A stretch of DNA of 15,891 nucleotides. It comes from a virus. Positions 8,419 to 14,271 of the stretch are shown here, piece by piece; the first letter of the stretch is position 1; each line of letters starts with the position of its first letter. A program made the position numbers and the translations under genes. The notes under the pieces were generated by a model, which saw only the letters and a program-made list of their open reading frames with translations, was not told the origin of the DNA and searched no databases. The stretch lies in the IMG/VR virus record IMGVR_UViG_3300045988_177307. One strand, given 5' to 3'.

Positions 8419-8436
8419 AATGTTCCATGTGGAACA
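8419..8436 (+). promoter_or_regulatory. Internal copy of the ITR motif, here a perfect palindrome (AATGTTCCATGTGGAACA; TGTTCCA-TG-TGGAACA)
   Basis: It matches the ITR motif at 15787..15804 in 17 of 18 positions. It sits between the appendage-gene stop (8415..8417) and the late terminator. Confidence 0.45.
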
Positions 8437-8437
8437 C

Positions 8438-8465
8438 AGCCCCCACAAGAGGGGCTTTTTTCTTT
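8438..8465 (+). terminator. Rho-independent terminator of the late (morphogenesis) operon
   Basis: The hairpin is AGCCCC-cacaaga-GGGGCT, followed by TTTTTTCTTT. Confidence 0.85.
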
Positions 8466-8487
8466 CATCAAACTATCACAAAACCGT

Positions 8488-8586
8488 CATATAGATTACA
8501 CAAAAAAGGTGTAATATATAGACAATGAAACGAGAGGTTAACACCTCAAAACACAACGACAGCCCTAAGGGCAGGAGGAAAAGAAA
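8488..8586 (+). promoter_or_regulatory. Early promoter/operator/leader cassette, copy A
   Basis: By manual alignment, 8488..8589 matches 9167..9268 at about 96 of 102 positions, at a constant offset of 679. It contains the inverted repeat ATTACAC-N-GGTGTAAT (8495..8515), whose right arm overlaps the -10-like TAATAT/TATATA (8512..8520). It also contains the hairpin GAGGT-taac-ACCTC and the RBS AGGAGG. Confidence 0.55.
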
Positions 8587-8916
8587 ATGAAAAAATATGC
8601 ACTTTGCACAGCAAACGCAGAAATCAGCACAAAGCGAATCATGCACAAAGTCGAGGATGGCGAAATATCCATCTTTGAGGGGGTATATGCCGATGGGTAT
8701 ACGGGCGACGCAAACAAAACGCTTGCTATCTTTGACACGTTCGACAGCGGATACAAAGCCCTTATCGAGTGTGACTCAACAGCGGACCTGTGCAAAACTG
8801 GATGTAGTAAACTTTTAGACTGCTGGATAGCGTGGCTTGAGGAGCGCGAGTACGACGAGGACGGTGAGTATGAGCTTACTGGTAATGAGTGGCGGGCTAT
8901 AGAGAGGGAGGTATAA
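8587..8916 (+). CDS. Hypothetical early protein (109 aa, strongly acidic C-terminus)
   Basis: A strong RBS (AGGAGGAAAAGAAA) precedes the ATG. This is the first gene after early cassette A. I recognise no family signature. Confidence 0.6.
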   Translation: MKKYALCTANAEISTKRIMHKVEDGEISIFEGVYADGYTGDANKTLAIFDTFDSGYKALIECDSTADLCKTGCSKLLDCWIAWLEEREYDEDGEYELTGNEWRAIEREV

Positions 8917-9140
8917 ATATCAGATATATTAAACAATCGCCTATCACAAGCAACGGCGGATATTATCAGTTATGGCTCGCTGTTATACAGCAAGCCGTAA
9001 ATGATTACCGCACACATCCTGAGATGCGTGCAGAGGTCGCACGGTTTTTAAAGTCAGACTACTTTGAGAGCATGACTCGCGCAAGCGGACAGCTTATACT
9101 TGACAGACTCAAAAAAGAGGTCAAACAAAATAAAAGATAG
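8889..9140 (+). CDS. Hypothetical early protein (83 aa or fewer)
   Basis: This is an open frame with a basic C-terminus. The start is uncertain. The ATG at 8889 lacks a Shine-Dalgarno sequence and overlaps the upstream gene by 28 nt. A strong GGGAGG at 8906..8911 is followed only by in-frame non-canonical codons (ATC at 8919, ATT at 8928). Confidence 0.5.
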   Translation: MAGYREGGINIRYIKQSPITSNGGYYQLWLAVIQQAVNDYRTHPEMRAEVARFLKSDYFESMTRASGQLILDRLKKEVKQNKR

Positions 9141-9166
9141 TTTTCACACAACGTTCACAAAACTAT

Positions 9167-9265
9167 CATACAGATTACACCTAAAAGGTGTAATATATAG
9201 ACAATGAAACGAGAGGTTAACACCTCAAAACAAAACGACAGCCCTAAGGGCAGGAGGAAAAACAA
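9167..9265 (+). promoter_or_regulatory. Early promoter/operator/leader cassette, copy B
   Basis: It is a near-identical repeat of 8488..8586. Here the palindrome is perfect: ATTACACC (9174..9181), a 5-nt spacer, then GGTGTAAT (9187..9194). The same downstream hairpin and RBS are present. Confidence 0.55.
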
Positions 9266-9445
9266 ATGGAACAGGTATTTTTTGACAAGTTACAGTACAC
9301 AGGCGAGTACAACGAAATGAGCGGTAAGCTGATAGTAACAAACGTGTTTACAGACGACACAGTAACACGTCACTATGCAAACAAGTACACAGCAAAGCGT
9401 GGTTTCGAGCGCATAGTAAGAAAGATGATGGATAACGAGGGCTAA
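9266..9445 (+). CDS. Hypothetical early protein (59 aa), absent from the supplied ORF track
   Basis: I translated it by hand: MEQVFFDKLQYTGEYNEMSGKLIVTNVFTDDTVTRHYANKYTAKRGFERIVRKMMDNEG, with a stop at 9443..9445. The ATG sits at the same position relative to the cassette AGGAGG as the ATG of the 8587 gene. At 59 aa, it may simply have been too short for the supplied ORF track, whose shortest listed ORFs are 60 aa. Confidence 0.6.
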   Translation: MEQVFFDKLQYTGEYNEMSGKLIVTNVFTDDTVTRHYANKYTAKRGFERIVRKMMDNEG

Positions 9446-9483
9446 GGCTCTCGCCCTTCGGGGCAACGTGGAAGGATAAGAAA

Positions 9484-9696
9484 ATGAAAAATATTAATCT
9501 TGATATGGACGATGTGCAGATTAACGTTAATTACATCATATCAGAGGTGACAAAGCATATCATGAACACAGCAAAAGACCTCGAGCATCTGCAAAAAGCA
9601 AGCACAAATGTCACACTTAGCAGTGCTTGCGCAACAAATTTTGTGACGTCCTTAACAAAATTAATTGCTCGAATAAATGATTGCAAGGAGGTGTAA
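9484..9696 (+). CDS. Hypothetical early protein (70 aa)
   Basis: An RBS (GGAAGGATAAGAAA) precedes the ATG. It is tightly packed within the operon. I recognise no family signature. Confidence 0.55.
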   Translation: MKNINLDMDDVQINVNYIISEVTKHIMNTAKDLEHLQKASTNVTLSSACATNFVTSLTKLIARINDCKEV

Positions 9697-9699
9697 CAA

Positions 9700-9897
9700 A
9701 TGGAAATTGAAAAAAGACGCGCAAACCTCGGTTACTTGGTAACATGCGAAATGCAAAATAGGAATGTTATCCCTGCTTTCACGGACTGTTTTTCTTCAGC
9801 AATGGAAATCGCCGAAAGGTTTGAGTGCGGTGAGTATACTAAAAAAGTAAAGATACTCAAAATCTCAACAGGTGCAACTTTTGAGCTTATTGTTTAA
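9700..9897 (+). CDS. Hypothetical early protein (65 aa)
   Basis: An RBS (AAGGAGGTGTAACAA) precedes the ATG, 3 nt after the upstream stop. I recognise no family signature. Confidence 0.55.
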   Translation: MEIEKRRANLGYLVTCEMQNRNVIPAFTDCFSSAMEIAERFECGEYTKKVKILKISTGATFELIV

Positions 9898-9909
9898 AGG
9901 GGGGTTCAA

Positions 9910-10770
9910 ATGAATGTTTTAAGTTTGTTTGACGGTATCAGTTGTGGCATGGTTGCGCTGGAACGAGCAGGTATTCCTGTAGAGAGGTATGTTGCCTATG
10001 AGATAGACAAAAATGCTATTAAAGTAAGCAAACGCAATTATCCAGCGATTGAACGTTGCGGCGATGTGACTCACGCAGATTTTACACAGTACAAAGGTTT
10101 TGATTTGCTAATCGGTGGTTCACCATGCCAAGATTTGTGCAGTATGGGCAGTCACAAAGGGCTTGCCGGAGAAAAAAGCAAGCTGTTTTTCGAGTTTGTA
10201 AGAGCGTTAAAAGAGGTTCAGCCGAGATATTTTTTGCTTGAAAACAACGCAAGTATGTCAAAAGAAAACAGAGATATTATATCAAGTTATATGGGTTGTG
10301 AGCCTGTTTTGATAAACTCGGCGGACTTTTCTGCGCAAGTGAGAAAACGTCTTTATTGGACAAATATTACAATTGCCGAGTATGAGCCAAAAAACACTAA
10401 ACTAAAAGATATTATGCAAAAAGATGTATTACGAGAATGTGTAACAGATAAAATTAATAAGTATGTGGTTTCAGGCAATTATTTAGGGCGCAAAATCGAA
10501 AAAACCATCAGAAATGCAATTCGCACCGGGGTTCAAAAAAGTTGTTCTATTACAACAGCCAGTTACAACTTGGGGAGCAACAACGGCATTTGCATTCAAA
10601 TTGGTGATGGTTATTTTAACCCAACGCAAATAGAATTCGAGCGGTTGCAGACGTTGCCAGATGGATACACCTCAGTTTTGCCTATAAAAAAAGCAGTTTT
10701 TGCTATAGGCAACGCGTGGACGGTTGATGTTATCGCACATATTTTTCGCGGGTTGACAACGCAGATATAG
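9910..10770 (+). CDS. DNA (cytosine-5)-methyltransferase: compact, DNMT3-like, orphan (no restriction-enzyme partner)
   Basis: The canonical motifs occur in order. Motif I is [11 protein letters not shown], IV is [8 protein letters not shown], VI is LLENN, VIII is RKRLYW, IX is [11 protein letters not shown] and X is GNAWTVDVI. It is only 286 aa, with a very short variable region. Several blocks resemble the DNMT3A catalytic domain as I recall it. Confidence 0.92.
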   Translation: [286 protein letters not shown]

Positions 10771-10947
10771 GTTCTCGGCGGTTGTCCTTTAACAGCCGCA
10801 TCCCAGCCCGCAAGGGCTAAAATATGTCCGTGCGCAACGGCAAAACAATATTGCGCGGTTAATATTTATATCAGCTTTAGACCAAAACTGCATTATCCCT
10901 GTGCAGTGAGCAAGTACTAGCTACCCGCTCGGCTGAGATGAGTGGGA
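10771..10947 (+). ncRNA. Candidate structured RNA or structured intercistronic spacer (function unknown)
   Basis: The region has no plausible ORF but five local hairpins. H1 is 10778..10799 (8 bp). H2 is 10805..10818 (AGCCC-GCAA-GGGCT, a GNRA loop). H3 is 10828..10858. H4 is 10888..10906. H5 is 10924..10946, immediately before the RBS of the next gene. No sigma-A promoter or T-run terminator is visible inside it. Confidence 0.35.
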
Positions 10948-10965
10948 GAAGGAGAGATTTTTAAG

Positions 10966-11256
10966 ATGGCAAAGGCAAACACACCAAAGACAACAACTCT
11001 GACAACAAAAGTAGCAGGCGTGACTATCGAGATAGTCAAAAAGACATGGAGCGACGACAGCATAAGCTGTGATGTAACACTGTCCATCGCAAAGGCAGAG
11101 CTTGTAACGATTTACGGTATTCGTGTCGTTGAGGGCAAAAAAGGTAAGTTTTTATCAATGCCTGCCCGCAAGGGTAGTGACGGCAACTACTACTCGCACG
11201 CTTATATAGCGGACGAGGACGTATACAAAGCAGTACTTGAGACAGTCACAGAGTAA
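10966..11256 (+). CDS. SpoVG-fold nucleic-acid-binding protein (96 aa)
   Basis: The start was set at the ATG at 10966, 9 nt after GAAGGAGAG. The track's start at 10942 is a GTG with no Shine-Dalgarno sequence. The core IYGIRVVEGKKGKFLSMPARKGSDGNYYSHAY parallels the B. subtilis SpoVG core [32 protein letters not shown]. Confidence 0.65.
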   Translation: MAKANTPKTTTLTTKVAGVTIEIVKKTWSDDSISCDVTLSIAKAELVTIYGIRVVEGKKGKFLSMPARKGSDGNYYSHAYIADEDVYKAVLETVTE

Positions 11257-11269
11257 GACAACAGTGAGC

Positions 11270-11290
11270 GAGGGGAGTTAAGCTCCCCTC
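11270..11290 (+). terminator. 8-bp GC-rich hairpin without a T-run (weak attenuator or stabiliser)
   Basis: The hairpin is GAGGGGAG-ttaag-CTCCCCTC, lying between the SpoVG-like gene and the terminal-protein candidate. Confidence 0.3.
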
Positions 11291-11314
11291 AATTACTATA
11301 TTAAGGAGGTTGTT

Positions 11315-12193
11315 ATGGCACGCAAAAAGACACTATCAAAGCAGTATCAGCAACAAATCAAACGTATAAACAAGCGTCTTGAGGAGCTTGCAAAAGAGGG
11401 ATATAACATAGTTGGCGACTTTACACCAACTATGCCCAAAAAGCCGACACGCAAGCAAGTCGAGGCACTCAAAAAGGTCACGCCCGAGGCACTGCGTCGT
11501 ATGGCTGATAAAAACTACAACATCAACATCGGCAAGGGCAAGCAGATAACACAAAAGGTCGCAAAGTCAAAAAAGGTTGACTATCGTAAAAAGCCCGTAT
11601 CAGCTCGACCGCCTAAGCCGCCTAAAAAGCAACGTCATATTGGTACAGGGGATGTTTTTCCCGTCGCAGACGAGGGCAAGCTTATATATGAGGCTATACT
11701 TAATATCTTAAATCAACCGTACTCGGCAGGGCTTAATATATCGCCACAGATATATCACGACAATCAGCGAGCTATTAAGGGGTTGCTTGACAATGTTATA
11801 GTAAAAGACGGTCTTGACACCGTGCTTAGACGTTTTGCTGATGCTGGCACGGCTGTCATCGACGCTATACAGGGCTTTGTATATGGCTCAGATGGGCAAG
11901 CCGATTACATGCAAAGCTGGCAAAGATTTGTTGAGATTCTGACAGGCGGTAACATTAGTTACGATGTGTCTGATATAGTTGACGAGATGAGCGATTTTGA
12001 TAGTGATGTGTCCGACGGGCAGTTACACACAGTTGGCGACACCGAGCTTGCCTATGACAGCGATGCGAGAGTATATGTTGACATCAACACTGGCGACGTT
12101 ATTTTTGAGTATGATGAGGACTTGATGAGCTGGGTCGATTCTCGCACAGGCGAGCTTGTAAGTGTAGACAATATTGCACAGTATGGAGGCTAA
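11315..12193 (+). CDS. Putative terminal protein (TP; primer for DNA replication)
   Basis: It lies immediately upstream of, and is translationally coupled to, the protein-primed DNA polymerase gene, as gene 3 is to gene 2 in phi29. At 292 aa it is similar in size to phi29 TP (266 aa). The N-terminus is very basic (MARKKTLSKQYQQQIKRINKR..., PPKPPKKQRH) and the C-terminal third is very acidic. The priming residue could not be identified. Confidence 0.55.
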   Translation: MARKKTLSKQYQQQIKRINKRLEELAKEGYNIVGDFTPTMPKKPTRKQVEALKKVTPEALRRMADKNYNINIGKGKQITQKVAKSKKVDYRKKPVSARPPKPPKKQRHIGTGDVFPVADEGKLIYEAILNILNQPYSAGLNISPQIYHDNQRAIKGLLDNVIVKDGLDTVLRRFADAGTAVIDAIQGFVYGSDGQADYMQSWQRFVEILTGGNISYDVSDIVDEMSDFDSDVSDGQLHTVGDTELAYDSDARVYVDINTGDVIFEYDEDLMSWVDSRTGELVSVDNIAQYGG

Positions 12194-12195
12194 GT

Positions 12196-14103
12196 ATGTC
12201 AAAAAAGCGTAAAAGCACTATGTATATGGCTGACTTTGAGACTACTGTGTATGACGGTCAGACAGAGACAGAGGTGTGGGCGGCGGCACTGGTAAAAATC
12301 GGCACCGAGGCTGTTGTTATATATCATAGTATAGGCGATTTTTTACACGCTGTCGAGGCTCTGAGCGTGTGTGATAAAACCGATATTATCATTTATTTCC
12401 ATAACTTAAAGTTTGACGGTACGTTTATTTTGTCGTATCTGCTCTCGACGGGGCGTTATCGGCAGGCTCTTCAGCAGGACAGACACGGTGACTACAGCTT
12501 TGACGAGGATAAGCATTTATCAGATGGATGTTTTAAGTATATGGTATCGGATATGGGGCAGTGGTACGAGATAACACTTAAGTATCAAGGACACTTTATA
12601 AGAGTCCGTGACAGCTTAAAGCTGTTACCTTTTTCTGTCAAAAAAATCGGTAAAGATTTTAAGACAAAGCATCAAAAGCTTGAGATGGAGTATAAAGGGT
12701 ACAGGTATGCCGGATGTGAGATAACACCTGATGAGCAGGAGTACATTGCTAACGACGTGCTGGTCGTGGCTGAGGCTCTACAGATGATGATGGAGCGAGG
12801 GCATGATAAGACTACTATAGGAGGTTGCTGTTTGGCAGAGTTTAAAAAACAGTACCCCAAGCGCTCATGGGATGCGTTTTTCCCTGACCAAAGTGACGAG
12901 TATATTGACGAGTGCTTTGGCGCAAAAACTGCGGACGAGTACGTCCGCAAGTCGTACCGAGGCGGATGGTGCTACGTCGTTGACGGCAAACAAAATAAGA
13001 TTTTTGATAACGGCATTACCGCAGATGTTAACAGCTTATACCCGTCAATGATGCACTCACAAAGCGGTAATTTTTACCCGGTCGGGGCACCAAGATTTTA
13101 CAAGGGCAAATGGGTTCCGTTTAAATATCAGGACATAACCAAATATTACTATTTTGTGCGTGTGCGGACGAGATTTTACATAAAAAAGGATAAATTACCG
13201 TTTATTATGATAAATGGCAACTGGAGGTATCCGGCACGGACGGCTCTCACAACATCGGACGTTAAAAACGCTGACGGAGAATATTGTAAATATATAACAA
13301 CACTTGACGGTGAGGTCGAGCCGACGAGCGTTGAGTTGACGCTGACATGTACAGACTTGCAGTTGATGCGGGAGCACTACGACCTTGTAGACTTTGAAAT
13401 ACTTGACTTTGCAGTGTATCACTCTAAGCAAGGATTATTTGATGATTATATTGATAAGTATGCCGAGATAAAAAAGGCAAGCAAGGGAGCCGAGCGTGCA
13501 CTGGCTAAGCTGTTTTTAAATAACCTTTACGGTAAAACGGCACAGTCATCTGCCAGCAATTTTAAAATTGCAAGGCTCGACAATGGCGTCTTAAAATTTA
13601 CAACACAGCTTGCAAACGACCGCAAGGTCATCTATATACCGATAGGGTCAGCGATTACGAGCTATGCCCGTAATTTTACGATAAGAGCGGCACAGCAAAA
13701 TTATTACGGCGTGGACAAAGCAGGATTTATATACGCTGACACTGACAGCATACACTGCGATTTACCAGCAGATAAGATAAGAGGCATAAAGATACACGAG
13801 GCAGATTTTTGTTGCTGGAAACTGGAAAATGAATGGGATAAAGGAATTTTTGTGAGGGCGAAAACATATATTGAACACACCATCAAGTGTGACGGTGTTC
13901 CCGTCGCTCCCTTTTATCAGATAAAGTGCGCAGGGATGTCGCCTGAATCTAAATCGCTGTTTAACACACAGCTTACTAGCGGACAGGCAAAGCTGACAGA
14001 CTTTAGAGTAGGCTTTGAGATAGCTGGTAAAAAATTACCAAGACAGATTAAAGGCGGCACAGTGCTTTTTGATACTAATTTTAAATTGCATCCCAAAAGA
14101 TAG
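12196..14103 (+). CDS. Family-B, protein-primed DNA polymerase (phi29 gp2-like)
   Basis: Exo I is ADFETT, Exo II is YFHNLKFDGTF and Exo III is YIANDVLVVAEAL. Motif A is DVNSLYPSMM, motif B is KLFLNNLYGK, motif C is YADTDSIH, and the KxY motif is KTYIE. All closely parallel the phi29 polymerase signatures. Confidence 0.97.
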   Translation: MSKKRKSTMYMADFETTVYDGQTETEVWAAALVKIGTEAVVIYHSIGDFLHAVEALSVCDKTDIIIYFHNLKFDGTFILSYLLSTGRYRQALQQDRHGDYSFDEDKHLSDGCFKYMVSDMGQWYEITLKYQGHFIRVRDSLKLLPFSVKKIGKDFKTKHQKLEMEYKGYRYAGCEITPDEQEYIANDVLVVAEALQMMMERGHDKTTIGGCCLAEFKKQYPKRSWDAFFPDQSDEYIDECFGAKTADEYVRKSYRGGWCYVVDGKQNKIFDNGITADVNSLYPSMMHSQSGNFYPVGAPRFYKGKWVPFKYQDITKYYYFVRVRTRFYIKKDKLPFIMINGNWRYPARTALTTSDVKNADGEYCKYITTLDGEVEPTSVELTLTCTDLQLMREHYDLVDFEILDFAVYHSKQGLFDDYIDKYAEIKKASKGAERALAKLFLNNLYGKTAQSSASNFKIARLDNGVLKFTTQLANDRKVIYIPIGSAITSYARNFTIRAAQQNYYGVDKAGFIYADTDSIHCDLPADKIRGIKIHEADFCCWKLENEWDKGIFVRAKTYIEHTIKCDGVPVAPFYQIKCAGMSPESKSLFNTQLTSGQAKLTDFRVGFEIAGKKLPRQIKGGTVLFDTNFKLHPKR

Positions 14104-14113
14104 ATATAACAAT

Positions 14114-14147
14114 AGCTGACGGGTCATAAAGACTCGTCAGCTGTTTT
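14114..14147. terminator. Strong 12-bp hairpin terminator after the polymerase gene, possibly bidirectional
   Basis: The hairpin is AGCTGACGGGTC-ataaa-GACTCGTCAGCT with one G.U pair. It is followed by GTTTTAT on the + strand. On the - strand it is followed by ATTGTTAT. Confidence 0.8.
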
Positions 14148-14271
14148 ATATATCAAGCAAAGCACTATCGGACAGCACTGCGGTAGCAAACCCGATTTTG
14201 CGGACGTGCGGGTTTTACGCCGTGCAACCACGCCGCAACGAGAGCCGTCTCAGATAGGATGCAAGATTGAC

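Noticed and set aside
8525-8590. A 21-codon uORF (MKREVNTSKHNDSPKGRRKRK) inside early cassette A. It starts close to the predicted transcription start and ends in ATGA, overlapping the 8587 start codon.
   Set aside because: The equivalent ATG in cassette B (9204) reads through the main start for 17 more codons, so the stop/start arrangement is not conserved between the copies. There is no Shine-Dalgarno sequence. It would need leaderless initiation, which I cannot support without a mapped transcription start site.
655-8746. Spo0A-box-like heptamers (TGTCGAA/TTCGACA) at about 655, 1293 and 8740, reminiscent of phi29 regulation by Spo0A.
   Set aside because: All lie inside coding regions, none is near a promoter, and the count is not obviously above chance for a 7-mer in 16 kb.
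901-8936. Other internal or antisense track ORFs: 901..1212, 2265..2480, 3678..3866, 4582..4914, 4661..4843, 4974..5213, 6614..6820, 6907..7146, 7076..7474, 7517..7870, 8216..8446, 8565..8936 and 8597..8818.
   Set aside because: Each is nested in, or antisense to, a gene with strong homology or operon context. None has a credible Shine-Dalgarno sequence and start. In a genome packed this tightly they are best explained as chance open frames.
9136-9167. An AT-rich inverted repeat GATAGTTTT-N14-AAAACTATC after the 83-aa gene, considered as a terminator.
   Set aside because: The stem is weak and A/T-rich with a 14-nt loop and no downstream T-run. Part of it (AAACTATCA) is shared with the region upstream of cassette A, so it may belong to the promoter-upstream element instead.
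8488-9268. Whether the two ~100-nt direct repeats could be a CRISPR array or IS ends.
   Set aside because: There are only two copies, about 100 nt long and 679 nt apart. Each sits directly upstream of a start codon and contains an RBS. There are no cas or transposase genes. They are duplicated regulatory leaders.
10805-10858. A possible c-di-GMP-I (GEMM)-type riboswitch, suggested by the GCAA tetraloop and a GGCAAAAC segment.
   Set aside because: Only fragmentary resemblance exists. I cannot reconstruct the two-hairpin tetraloop/receptor architecture or the conserved junction nucleotides. It should be tested with Infernal/Rfam rather than asserted.
10824-10862. A 12-codon mini-ORF (MSVRNGKTILRG) within the structured spacer, preceded by AAGGG.
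   Set aside because: It is too short and unsupported, and it lies across hairpin H3. A leader-peptide attenuator is conceivable but cannot be distinguished from chance here.
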